A stretch of DNA of 64,000 nucleotides from Dehalococcoidia bacterium (GCA_022819585.1 JAJEGY010000014.1:20969-84968), one strand, 5' to 3'. Counted from the stretch's first letter, positions 37,033-46,318 are shown. The notes: generated by a model from the letters alone, not told the origin. A program made the numbers and translations.

Positions 37033-38354
37033 TCAAACTCCCAATCGCCAACCAAGATCACATCGCCTTCCTTCGCCCCGGCACGTCTCAAGGCTTCGGT
37101 GACGTTCATCCGCTCAAGCCGCTCGTGGTACTGGACCAACGCGTCGAAATTGTCGAGATTGGAACCGGCGGCAAGACGGACCGCGCGGTCGTGGAGGATG
37201 CGGAACTCGTTTTCGCCAGAGCGAACGACATCCTTGGTGTTGCTCATTCGAGGCCGGAATACGGGCAGGTTCTCATCGTCTAAGGGATCGGCGCCATTGG
37301 AGTATTCAGGCCCGAGCATCGCGGCTTCCGCGTCGCTCGCTTCTCGCCGCATGTCTGCTAGTCGGTAACATATCGCCGCAACTAGATCGTCAATGCCGCG
37401 TCGGGTTGCGGCAGAGATGAAATAGATCGGTGTGTCGTCTCCGGCCGCCTCGCAAACTTGATCCTCGATCTCGTCCTGCAAGAGTTCAACTTCTTCGATG
37501 TCGAGTTTGTTGACTGCGATCATCTGAGGCGTCTTGGCCAATCGAGCGTCGAACGCGTCCAACTCTTGATTAATGGTTCGTATCCGTTCGCCCGGTTCGC
37601 CTTCGCTACCGTCAACGACGTGCACCAGCAACCTCGTTCGCTGCATGTGCTTGAGAAACTCGTGGCCCAACCCGACGCCTTCCGATGCTCCTTCGATTAA
37701 ACCTGGGATGTCAACCGCGGCAAAGGCGTCGATTCCATGTTCCACGATGCCGAGAACTGGTTCGAGCGTTGTGAAAGGGTAATCGGCGATCTTGGGACGA
37801 GCTGCGCTGATTGCTGTGAGCAGGCTGGACTTGCCGGCGTTTGGCATCCCGACGAGGCCGACATCGGCGAGGATTTTGAGATTCAGGCGCAGGTTGACGG
37901 TCTGACCGATTTCGCCAGCTTCGGCAAGGAGCGGTTCGCGATTCACTGAAGATACGAACGCGGCATTGCCGAGTCCCCCACGACCGCCCCGCGCGACTTC
38001 GATTCGTTGACCGGGGCGGACGAGATCGCCTAGAAACACCTCGGAGCCGCTGGAGCGCTTGGGAAGCTCCCAAACCTCGGTGCCGACAGGAACCGTCACC
38101 TCTACATCATCACCGTTGGCTCCGTGCCGTTTATTCCTAGCGCCGTTGCCGCCATTTCCCGCGATGAAATGACGCCGATACCTGAACTTCAGCAGGGTGT
38201 TGAGGGATGGGTCAGCGACCAAAGTAACGGATCCACCGTTTCCGCCACTACCGCCCGCAGGGCCGCCTAAGGGCCGCATCGCCTCCCTGAGGAACGTGGC
38301 CATTCCCTTTCCGCCGTTGCCAGCCCTCGCTTCGATGATCGCCTCGTCAATCAT
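37023..38354 (-). CDS. obg: GTPase Obg/CgtA
   Basis: 443 aa. The N-terminal Gly-rich Obg fold reads AGNGGKG...GGPAGGSGGNGG. G1 is GMPNAGKSS. A C-terminal OCT-like domain is present. Confidence 0.95.
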   Translation of the reverse strand: MIDEAIIEARAGNGGKGMATFLREAMRPLGGPAGGSGGNGGSVTLVADPSLNTLLKFRYRRHFIAGNGGNGARNKRHGANGDDVEVTVPVGTEVWELPKRSSGSEVFLGDLVRPGQRIEVARGGRGGLGNAAFVSSVNREPLLAEAGEIGQTVNLRLNLKILADVGLVGMPNAGKSSLLTAISAARPKIADYPFTTLEPVLGIVEHGIDAFAAVDIPGLIEGASEGVGLGHEFLKHMQRTRLLVHVVDGSEGEPGERIRTINQELDAFDARLAKTPQMIAVNKLDIEEVELLQDEIEDQVCEAAGDDTPIYFISAATRRGIDDLVAAICYRLADMRREASDAEAAMLGPEYSNGADPLDDENLPVFRPRMSNTKDVVRSGENEFRILHDRAVRLAAGSNLDNFDALVQYHERLERMNVTEALRRAGAKEGDVILVGDWEFEWQ

Positions 38355-38398
38355 GTCGCGATTCTAATCTGCGACTGATTAGCGACGCTTGCGGGGTA

Positions 38399-38821
38399 CT
38401 AGCGCATCAGGTTGGTGAAGCCTTCTTGGACGAAATCGCGGTCGGTTGTGACTACTTCGTCGATGCCATCGCGGCGCATGATGGTCATTCCGACGCAATC
38501 TACCATGCTGTAGCGCTTGTCGTGGCGACTTTCGTATAGATCCAGGGCGTCGTTGTACAGGCCACGATCGACTATCTCAACGCGGTATTTCGGGTCAGCC
38601 AAGGCACGTCTGACAAATCTAGCCACCTCTCGCCTCGTCCGAGAACCGCTCCGGCTGTAATGAGCAAGCAACTCGTTCATGACGTCACGTGCGCAACCCA
38701 AGCGGACGTTGTCGTCTGCAACGAATGCGTTGTACAAGTCCCATGCGGCCAACCATCCGTTGTCACTCGAGTCGAATAGGGCGATCAGAAAACCCGAGTC
38801 AACGTAGATCACTCTTCCCAT
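38399..38821 (-). CDS. vapC: PIN-domain toxin (VapC-like)
   Basis: 140 aa. It has the N-terminal VIYVDSGFLIALFD, MVDCVGMTIM and TTDRDF acidic residues. It overlaps the upstream small gene by 13 nt. Confidence 0.85.
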   Translation of the reverse strand: MGRVIYVDSGFLIALFDSSDNGWLAAWDLYNAFVADDNVRLGCARDVMNELLAHYSRSGSRTRREVARFVRRALADPKYRVEIVDRGLYNDALDLYESRHDKRYSMVDCVGMTIMRRDGIDEVVTTDRDFVQEGFTNLMR

Positions 38822-39183
38822 GGGTATTTGTCGCGCTTAGGAAAACCGTATAGGTAGTGCTTGTAATTCAGCGAGCCGTCATGTGGCATCGCGTCTTTCT
38901 CTTCCTGCGGGATGTTTGACCACAACACTTTAGCCAATCCACCCAAGTGCCCAGGCAAGAACTCCCCATCCCGAACAAATACATGATCCGCGTCGGGCAA
39001 CCGCGCCTCTAACGCTTCGAGCGCGACGTATCCATCCTCATCAACTTCATACTCGCCGGTGTTGACGTCGATGACCACCCACTGGCCGTTGAGCGTGTCG
39101 CCAAGTTCGTCCTTGATGCGCTCGTGATACATCTTCTCGGCGGTTTCGATCGCCAAGTTGTATCGATTTTTCTCCGAAGACAT
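38809..39183 (-). CDS. Putative antitoxin (DUF5678-like N-terminal domain plus a C-terminal ...HYLYG.PK tail)
   Basis: 124 aa immediately upstream of the PIN gene. It contains NGQWVVIDVNTGEYEV (a DUF5678-like pattern) and the C-terminal LNYKHYLYGFPKRD. Confidence 0.6.
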   Translation of the reverse strand: MSSEKNRYNLAIETAEKMYHERIKDELGDTLNGQWVVIDVNTGEYEVDEDGYVALEALEARLPDADHVFVRDGEFLPGHLGGLAKVLWSNIPQEEKDAMPHDGSLNYKHYLYGFPKRDKYPWEE

Positions 39184-39403
39184 GAAAAGCCTCGTAAATC
39201 AACCTAACCTGTTCGTCGATTCTAAAGCACCTATCACGCATGAATGATGTGACGATCGGCGATCGCTTCGACCAAGCCGCTACAGATTCCAACCCAACAA
39301 CCGAATTGTTGCCGCTGTTATGCAATAACATTGTCGCGGTGAGAAAGGTTCTCGCACCTCGATCACGTTGCTGGACGAAATGTAAACCTAGGGAGACCCT
39401 GAG

Positions 39404-40396
39404 TTGGAGAATATCAGCAAGGAAAAACTGGTTCAGATGCTGGAGAGGATGTGGTTGATACGTCATTTCGAAGTCCGGGTGATGGAGGTGCACGCGGCTG
39501 GTGAGTTCACAGGCGCGGCACACCCGTATATCGGCGAAGAGGCTGTGGCCGTCGGTGCGTGCGCTGCGCTGGAAGATACCGATTACATCGCGGGCAACCA
39601 TCGTTCCCACGGGCATCCACTGGCAAAAGGCGGAAGCGTCAAACGTGCGATGGCCGAACTCTACGGCCGGGTAGATGGCTACTGCAAGGGCAAAGGCGGA
39701 TCGATGCACCTCGCAGACTTCTCCATCGGCATCTTGGGCGAATCCGGCATCGTCGCTTCGTCAGTCCCTGTTGCTACTGGAGCCGCCCTAGCCGCCAAGA
39801 TCAAAGGCGAGGACTTTGTATCGATGGTTTTCTTCGGCGACGGCGCATCGAACCAAGGGGCCTGCCACGAGTCGATGAACCTTGCCGCGCTCTGGAAACT
39901 TCCCGTGATATTCCTCTGCGAGAACAACCAGTTCGCAGTCACAACCTCTTATCACGACTCGGTATCAGTTGAGCACATCTCTGACCGCGCAGCGGCTTAC
40001 GACATGCCGGGTGTGTTGGTCGATGGTCAAGATGCCATCGCAATGTACGAAGCTACACGCGAGGCGGTGGCTAGGGGAAGAGCAGGAGAAGGACCCACTC
40101 TTATCGAGGCCCTGACCTATCGGTACGAAGAACACTCCTTAGGTCTCGGACGCGTCCGTCGCGGTGAGTACCGCACACAAGACCAGATCGACGAGTGGCG
40201 CGAGCGTGACCCGATCGATGTTTTGGAACGTACTCTCACTTCGCAAGGTATTCTTACTCAAGAAGAGTGTGACGCCATATCAAAAGCGAAAGAGGCTGAG
40301 GTCGAAGAAGCTGTAGAGTTCGCAAGGAACAGCCCGTATCCCGAACCCGAAGAGTTGTTTGAGGATATGTGGGCCGACCCCATCCCGGCGCCATAG
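39404..40396 (+). CDS. Thiamine-diphosphate-dependent 2-oxoacid (pyruvate/acetoin/branched-chain) dehydrogenase E1, alpha subunit
   Basis: 330 aa with a TTG start and GGGAG RBS. The TPP motif region is GDGASNQGACHESMNLAALWKLPVIFLCENN, with YRYEEHS also present. Confidence 0.9.
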   Translation: MENISKEKLVQMLERMWLIRHFEVRVMEVHAAGEFTGAAHPYIGEEAVAVGACAALEDTDYIAGNHRSHGHPLAKGGSVKRAMAELYGRVDGYCKGKGGSMHLADFSIGILGESGIVASSVPVATGAALAAKIKGEDFVSMVFFGDGASNQGACHESMNLAALWKLPVIFLCENNQFAVTTSYHDSVSVEHISDRAAAYDMPGVLVDGQDAIAMYEATREAVARGRAGEGPTLIEALTYRYEEHSLGLGRVRRGEYRTQDQIDEWRERDPIDVLERTLTSQGILTQEECDAISKAKEAEVEEAVEFARNSPYPEPEELFEDMWADPIPAP

Positions 40397-40451
40397 TCAA
40401 CACGTATCGACCGACCGAAGCCGACTCTGAGACCTAGAAAGCACCCGCGAA

Positions 40452-41426
40452 ATGGCATCCAACACGATCTACGTCGAAGCTATCAACCAAGCGATCATTG
40501 AGGAGATGGAGCGCGACGAGAACGTCTTCATCATGGGCGAAGACATTCGTCGTTCCGTCTACGGCGCAACCGCTGGACTACTCGATCAGTTCGGAGAGGG
40601 CCGCGTCCTCGATACTCCGCTCTCCGAAAACGGCTTCTTCGGAGCAGCCATCGGTGCTTCTCTCGTCGGCATGCGACCAATAGTTGAGACGTTGACCAGC
40701 TTCATGTGGGTGGCGATGGATCAGCTCGTGAGCCAAGCCGCGAAGATGCGTTACATGTTCGGCGGTCAGGCCTCGCTCCCGGTCGTCTACCGCGCCACCA
40801 TGTTCTACGGCGGTGGATCGGCAGCGCACCACTCGGACCGTTCGTATCCGATGTTCATGAATATGCCCGGATTCAAGATCTTGGTGCCGGCAACGCCGCG
40901 CGATGCCAAAGGGTTGCTCAAGACTGCTATCCGCGATAACGATCCATGTATCGTCTTTGAAGACGGGACATTGGGCGGCGCGTCTGGCGATGTCGAAGAA
41001 GGAGAGGCGGCCTTGGTGCCGTTCGGCGTGGCCGATGTACCCCTCACAGGCTCCGATGTGACCGTCGTAGCCATCGCAGGCGCAGTCCCAATGGCGCTGC
41101 GAGCTGCGGAAGAGCTCGAAGAAGATGGGATCTCGGTCGAGGTGATCGATCCACGCACGCTGGTGCCTCTTGACAAGGCCGCAATCTTGGAATCCGTCGC
41201 CAAAACCGGGCGATTGGTGATCGCCGATCCCGCACACAAGGTCTGCAGCGCCGCATCGGAGATCGCATCGATAGTCTCGCAAGAAGGATTTTGGGATCTT
41301 CAGGCGCCCATCATTAAGGTAGCCGCAGAGCAGGTTCATATCCCTTACACACCGGTACTTGAGCGATTGGTATACCCATCATCAGAAAAGATAGCTGACG
41401 CGGTTCGCGACACTTTGGAGGATTGA
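40452..41426 (+). CDS. 2-oxoacid dehydrogenase E1, beta subunit
   Basis: 324 aa. Blocks are VFIMGEDI, DTPLSENGFFGAAIGASLVGMRP, a transketolase-like Pyr domain and a C-terminal domain. Confidence 0.9.
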   Translation: MASNTIYVEAINQAIIEEMERDENVFIMGEDIRRSVYGATAGLLDQFGEGRVLDTPLSENGFFGAAIGASLVGMRPIVETLTSFMWVAMDQLVSQAAKMRYMFGGQASLPVVYRATMFYGGGSAAHHSDRSYPMFMNMPGFKILVPATPRDAKGLLKTAIRDNDPCIVFEDGTLGGASGDVEEGEAALVPFGVADVPLTGSDVTVVAIAGAVPMALRAAEELEEDGISVEVIDPRTLVPLDKAAILESVAKTGRLVIADPAHKVCSAASEIASIVSQEGFWDLQAPIIKVAAEQVHIPYTPVLERLVYPSSEKIADAVRDTLED

Positions 41427-41429
41427 TTC

Positions 41430-41903
41430 ATGCCCAGAACACCAGAATCGATAGTTACAGCGCTTGTAAATAGGAATGCCAGAGTAACGGCTCCGCGTCG
41501 CGAGATCATCGACTGCATCTCTAAGGTTCCGCGCACATTCACCGCCGAGGATGTTTGCGCACAGCTTCCGCATATAGGTCGAGCCACCGTTTATCGAACG
41601 CTGAAGATACTGCAAGACTCGGACATCATTTGCAAGGTGGTGATGCCCAGCGACGAGATGGCTTACAGTGTCTCTGCCGACCTTGATCAGGAAACAGGTC
41701 TCTCGCGGATACCTGTGCACCACCATCACGCAGTTTGTACTGTCTGCACCGCGGTCCGATACTTCAACGCCGAGGCAATCGAACGCGCTATCCACGCGTT
41801 GAGCGGATCCGTGCAGGGCGTTATGGGAGAAATAATCGACCACCGCATCGAGGTATACGACATCTGCCCAAGGTGCGTGGCCCAAAATCCAGAAACTGAA
41901 TAG
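41430..41903 (+). CDS. Fur-family metalloregulator (Zur-like by context)
   Basis: 157 aa. It has the wHTH block ATVYRTLKIL, a HHHHAVC..C motif and a C-terminal CPRC structural-zinc pair. It starts 4 nt after the E1-beta stop. Confidence 0.85.
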   Translation: MPRTPESIVTALVNRNARVTAPRREIIDCISKVPRTFTAEDVCAQLPHIGRATVYRTLKILQDSDIICKVVMPSDEMAYSVSADLDQETGLSRIPVHHHHAVCTVCTAVRYFNAEAIERAIHALSGSVQGVMGEIIDHRIEVYDICPRCVAQNPETE

Positions 41904-42036
41904 GCAGTCCGAGACGACATTAATCGTCCTGCTGAGTCCAGCACGCAACCTCTAGCCGCGAAGAAATCCAGCGGCTCTTCAAAATAGTGGCAGTTATGGT
42001 CATACAACATGCCTAAAACGAGGGTTTACGTTACAA

Positions 42037-42059
42037 TCCGTGATTATGATTTTGTCGGA
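42037..42059. promoter_or_regulatory. Weak Fur/Zur-box-like AT-rich imperfect palindrome upstream of the CDF gene
   Basis: The sequence is tccg-tgattatgattttgt-cgga. The TGATTATGATT core loosely resembles Fur-box hexamers. Confidence 0.2.
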
Positions 42060-42098
42060 AATGACGCGAATCTCGGAAATGTGCGATAAAAGCCTAAA

Positions 42099-43298
42099 AT
42101 GACTTCGACACCTCGCCAGCCGACAGAAGAGTCGCAGCATCGTCACCATGATCATGCGGACCATGATCACTCCGGTCATTCGCACGGCCACGACGATCAC
42201 GCTCACGACGAACGCAGCCATGACGATCACGACCACTCAGGTCATGACCACCACGATCATTCCGGCCACTCGCATGGTCACGACGATCATGATCACTCTG
42301 ACCACGAACACGGCCATGACGATCACGATCACTCAGGTCATGATCACCATGGTCACGGGCAAGACCACCACGATCATTCCCACGATTACCGCGAGGCAGG
42401 GCGACGAAGCCTCCTCATCTCCCTGTTCCTGATAGGCGGCTTTATGATCGCCGAGTTGATCGGCGGTATCCTATCCGGTTCTCTGGCGCTGCTGGCTGAT
42501 GCAGGGCACATGATCACCGACGCGATGGCGATCGCGCTGGCTTTGTTCGCATTGTGGATAGGCGATCGTGTCGAAGATGCTGGTCGAACTTACGGTTTCC
42601 GGCGCGCCGAGGTCCTCGCCGCTGCGATAAATGCCATATCGCTCTGGATTATCGTCGCCTGGATCTTCTTTGAGGCGTATCACCGGTTGCGAGGAATCGA
42701 AGATATCCACATCGAAGGCCCGTTGATGCTGATCGTCGGCACACTAGGTCTGATTGTGAATATCGCCGCGGCGTGGATATTGCACAGTAATTCGGAACAC
42801 AGCTTGAATGTGGAAGGTGCTTTCTGGCACGTCATGGGTGACTTGATGGGTTCAGTTGGTGTCGTCATCTCAGGCATCGTGATCATCACCACCGGATGGG
42901 TATTGATCGACCCGATCTTGAGCGTCTTGATCGGGCTGTTGATACTTTGGAGCTCGTGGGGCCTCGCCAAGAAGGTCGTGGCCGTTCTACTTGAGGCAGT
43001 GCCAGCACACGTTGATGTCGAGAAACTGTGCGATGAGATCGAGGACATGCCGGGAGTCGCACTCATACACGACGTTCATGTCTGGACCATAGCGTCAGGT
43101 TATGAAGCCATGACCGCGCACGTCCTCGTAGATCCAGACTTGGCCAAGGAACAGACCGACTTCATACTCAGACACATTCGAGAGATCGCAACCGGAAAAT
43201 ATCACATCCACCATGTCACTATTGAAGTCGAGCAGACTTTGACCGGATGCACCGAGAACCACCTGGTCAGCCATCTGCTGCAGAGGCAGACTTTTTAG
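42099..43298 (+). CDS. Cation diffusion facilitator (CzcD/ZitB-type) with a His-rich N-terminal tail
   Basis: 399 aa. Residues about 14-96 are almost only H/D/S/G. Then come six TMs with LLADAGHMITD (the TM2 metal site) and FWHVMGD (TM5), followed by a C-terminal cytoplasmic domain. Confidence 0.92.
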   Translation: MTSTPRQPTEESQHRHHDHADHDHSGHSHGHDDHAHDERSHDDHDHSGHDHHDHSGHSHGHDDHDHSDHEHGHDDHDHSGHDHHGHGQDHHDHSHDYREAGRRSLLISLFLIGGFMIAELIGGILSGSLALLADAGHMITDAMAIALALFALWIGDRVEDAGRTYGFRRAEVLAAAINAISLWIIVAWIFFEAYHRLRGIEDIHIEGPLMLIVGTLGLIVNIAAAWILHSNSEHSLNVEGAFWHVMGDLMGSVGVVISGIVIITTGWVLIDPILSVLIGLLILWSSWGLAKKVVAVLLEAVPAHVDVEKLCDEIEDMPGVALIHDVHVWTIASGYEAMTAHVLVDPDLAKEQTDFILRHIREIATGKYHIHHVTIEVEQTLTGCTENHLVSHLLQRQTF

Positions 43299-43396
43299 GT
43301 TTAAGGGCATGGAACACAAGGCAGGTGAACCTGCCAAACGCTTCGTCCTTATGGTTATCCTTATTTGAACTTTTCGCCAAGGCCTAGGCGCAGACA

Positions 43397-43447
43397 GAAA
43401 AAAACGCCCCGCATCCTAACCACGATGCGGGGCGTTTTGTATTTTGT
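43397..43447. terminator. Bidirectional intrinsic terminator
   Basis: A 15-bp perfect stem pairs aaaacgccccgcatc (43401-43415) with gatgcggggcgtttt (43424-43438). It is flanked by an A-run on one side and a T-run on the other. It lies between the convergent CDF and miniprotein genes. Confidence 0.75.
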
Positions 43448-43463
43448 CGAGAATCAGGCGTTT

Positions 43464-43679
43464 CTAAGCGTGGTGCTCGTGGTCATCGCACTCATGCTCG
43501 CTGTGAAGGTGCTCCCCGGCGTGGTGCTCGTGTCCGTCGCACTCGTGCGGGTCGTGGACGTGTCCGGGCTCATCGCCATGGTGCTCGTGGTCGTCGCACT
43601 CGTGCTGGTCGTGCATGTGCTCGCCGGCGTGATGCTCGTGGTCGTCGCACTCGTGAACTTCATGGGCATGTGCGGCCAT
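43464..43679 (-). CDS. His/Cys-rich repeat miniprotein (four HECD(D/G)HEHH units), putative cytosolic metal-binding protein
   Basis: 71 aa with no signal peptide. An AAGGAGAG RBS lies just upstream of the ATG, and a strong terminator lies about 26 nt after the stop. The antisense ORFs are Val/Leu-rich mirror images. Confidence 0.7.
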   Translation of the reverse strand: MAAHAHEVHECDDHEHHAGEHMHDQHECDDHEHHGDEPGHVHDPHECDGHEHHAGEHLHSEHECDDHEHHA

Positions 43680-43922
43680 TTTTCTCTCCTTGAGGCTATT
43701 TTCAATCGCTCCAACGAATGGAGCGTTCCGTTGTCGCCAACTATATAAACCATATAGTTTCAGCGATCCTGAGTAAATAATACATGTTTTTATCGAAGAT
43801 GTCCAAATGATCGGAGCAATCTTGGCTTACTGACCCATGCTGAGTTCATTCAAATGCCGTAATTTAGAATCATCTTGTGCGCCAACATAGATAAGATATC
43901 GTATCAAAAGGAGCAAAACTAA

Positions 43923-46289
43923 GTGGACAATGTATCACAACTTAAGATTTCAAACAATGTTGCGAACTGTAACATAGCATCAATAAAGCCACTATCTTTA
44001 AGATACAACGTCTACTTTGGATTAATAACAGTGTTGCTGATGATCATCGGTTTCGGATCAGGCATCGTCGGACCTTTTGCCGAAAACGCTGTTGCCCAGA
44101 CTACTGGGATATGCGATCGAACTCCTGAAGTCGCCGACGCCATAGTCGCCGAAATCCAGAGCACTCGCCCCGAAGCGTCTTGTGCAGACATCACAGAAGA
44201 CGAGCTGGGTTCCATTGAAGGGCCCATCAGCATCAAACCTTCCGCGCTCAAAGCCGGTGACTTCGCCGCGCTGACAGCACTGACGGAGCTGAAGATCGCG
44301 GGCTCCGGTTTGATCCTGCTTCGAGCCGGCACATTTACGGGCTTGGACAACCTGGAGACTCTGGAGGTCCAAAGCCCCTCTCTCTCCACTATCCACAGCG
44401 GCGCGTTCAGTGGTCTTCCGAGAATCAAGACCCTACACTTGCAGGGCAACAACATCAAGGCCGTGCCGCGAGACATTTTCGACGGTCTCGGAACCTTGGA
44501 AGCGCTGAGTTTGTACGGCAACCGGATCGGCTCGTTGCCGATAGGCATTTTCTCAGGCTTAGAGCAGTTGAGAACTCTCGACCTGCACACGGGCGGAGTC
44601 AAAAATCTGTCGCACGGCATCCTGACCGGTATGCCGAATCTCCGCGCTTTGCATTTCCGCAACGAGGCGACTGGCGTGCTTGAGAGCGGTGCTTTTATCG
44701 ATTTAGGAAATCTGCAATGGCTCTATCTAGAAGGTAGCGGCATCACCAAGATGGCTTCCGGCGCGTTTGCAGGACTTCACAACCTGCGGCGTCTCTACTT
44801 GAACGACAACCAAATCGTTTCATTGCCCCCAGGCGTTTTCAGGTATCTGAAAAACATCACCCATCTGCACCTGCACGGGAACGCGCTGGAGACCTTGCCC
44901 AGCGGGACATTCAACGGATTGGACCAGTTGAGGGAGCTCTTCCTCCACGACAACAACATCAAGCGCCTACCGGCAGACATCTTTCAAGGATTAGATTCGC
45001 TTGAAACTATCCACCTTGATAGGAACCAGCTGACCGAGGTGCCAAACGAACTCGTCAAAGGTTTGACTAACCTGAAGGACCTGACTTTCTTCCACAACCA
45101 ACTTTCAGACGTCCGTGGATTTGACCTTTCGGACCAAGTCAATCTCAGGAACATCGACTTTGAGGGCAACATGCGGGCGGGGATGCCTGAAGACCTCTTC
45201 GTCTCGCCGCCTTGTTCGCTACGGGTCGTAGGGATCGACGGAAACGAATTCGGCGAATTGCCCAGCGCGACAATCGATGGTGTCAAATACGGGATTTTGG
45301 ATGTCTTGCCGCAACCATCTACGCAAGGCTGCAAACCCGACGATGGCATCACCGATCTCTGGGTAGACGGCATATCGTTGGCCTCTGATGATCTGGCGAA
45401 GATCCGTGATGACTTCTCCAAGTTGGAGTGGATCTCGATGCCCGAGACCGGGGCGACTAGCGAAGCAGTGATCGATTTCCTTGCCAACCGATCGTCAACC
45501 GCTCTCGACGGTATTGACCTATCGTCCAACGACTTGAGCGATTGGAACAGCATAGACCGCGACGCGATGCTCGAAGCCATCAAAAAGAACGAAAACCTCG
45601 TTACGTTGCGCCTGTCCCATATCGGCATCAATGGCGATACCGCGATTGCGATACTCGAAAACGCGGAGCCTGGCTTGCGCCGAGTCGATTTCTCTGAAAA
45701 CGATCTCAGCGGCTGGAACGATCCCGAAGTCCAAGACCAGTTGGAGGCAGCTTTTTCCCGGTTGCCGAAATCGGAATGGTGGTTCGTTGAGCTCAACGAT
45801 ACCTCCATCGACTCAACAGCCGCGGGAACTATCCTGACGAACGTGGCCAGAGCCTCTGGCGAACGTAACTTCGTCAGGATCGAACTCTCAAACAATGAAG
45901 TCACAGAGATCGATGCTTCATGGTTTGAAGAGTGGGAGGTATTGTCAGATCTGCACTTGTCCAACAACCAGATCACTACGTTCGATCCTGCAGTTCTGGG
46001 GCAGTTCGCGGACAGCCTCTACTACCTGTATCTAGATGGCAACCCGTTGGAACCCATCCCGTCAATGGAGGAGTTTGAAGCCGTTCTTCCGAACTTGATC
46101 GAACTCGAACTCCCCATACCTGAGGAGCCAGTTGAGATGGAAGAAGTCGTCCAGTTGCCCAGAACAGGTGGCGATTCTATGACCATCAACAACGCATTGC
46201 GGATCTTAGGGATTGGCTTGACGATTCTGGTTGCAGGAGCCATCCTGCTATCGATCAGGTCGCGGAGAAATCGCGGCATTCCCGTATAG
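43923..46289 (+). CDS. Cell-surface leucine-rich-repeat protein with LPXTG-type sorting signal
   Basis: 788 aa. It has a signal anchor (...AENAVAQT) and a Cys-containing cap (CDRTPEVADAIVAEI...C). About 13 typical 24-residue LRRs follow (LxxLxLxxNxIxxLPxGxFxGL), then RNI-like longer repeats. The C-terminus reads LPRTG plus a hydrophobic segment plus RSRRNR. Confidence 0.85.
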   Translation: MDNVSQLKISNNVANCNIASIKPLSLRYNVYFGLITVLLMIIGFGSGIVGPFAENAVAQTTGICDRTPEVADAIVAEIQSTRPEASCADITEDELGSIEGPISIKPSALKAGDFAALTALTELKIAGSGLILLRAGTFTGLDNLETLEVQSPSLSTIHSGAFSGLPRIKTLHLQGNNIKAVPRDIFDGLGTLEALSLYGNRIGSLPIGIFSGLEQLRTLDLHTGGVKNLSHGILTGMPNLRALHFRNEATGVLESGAFIDLGNLQWLYLEGSGITKMASGAFAGLHNLRRLYLNDNQIVSLPPGVFRYLKNITHLHLHGNALETLPSGTFNGLDQLRELFLHDNNIKRLPADIFQGLDSLETIHLDRNQLTEVPNELVKGLTNLKDLTFFHNQLSDVRGFDLSDQVNLRNIDFEGNMRAGMPEDLFVSPPCSLRVVGIDGNEFGELPSATIDGVKYGILDVLPQPSTQGCKPDDGITDLWVDGISLASDDLAKIRDDFSKLEWISMPETGATSEAVIDFLANRSSTALDGIDLSSNDLSDWNSIDRDAMLEAIKKNENLVTLRLSHIGINGDTAIAILENAEPGLRRVDFSENDLSGWNDPEVQDQLEAAFSRLPKSEWWFVELNDTSIDSTAAGTILTNVARASGERNFVRIELSNNEVTEIDASWFEEWEVLSDLHLSNNQITTFDPAVLGQFADSLYYLYLDGNPLEPIPSMEEFEAVLPNLIELELPIPEEPVEMEEVVQLPRTGGDSMTINNALRILGIGLTILVAGAILLSIRSRRNRGIPV

Positions 46290-46318
46290 CACCATCCTGT
46301 CGCTTCGTATAGCACCGT

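Noticed and set aside
42148-42432. 94-aa alternative-frame ORF (MIMRTMITPV...) within the CDF gene
   Set aside because: It is a frame-shifted reading of the repetitive His-codon tract. The CDF frame continues into the conserved transmembrane domain.
43365-43748. 127-aa plus-strand Val/Leu-rich ORF (and the 99-aa minus-strand ORF at 43454-43753) over the His/Cys miniprotein
   Set aside because: The plus-strand ORF is the mirror image of His/Asp codons (GTG/ATG/GTC). It runs straight through the 15-bp terminator stem and has no RBS. The 43464-43679 frame has both an RBS and a terminator.
44984-45976. 330-aa minus-strand ORF inside the LRR gene
   Set aside because: It is antisense to a gene with a clear 24-residue repeat periodicity and sorting signal. 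The translation is Ser-rich low complexity.
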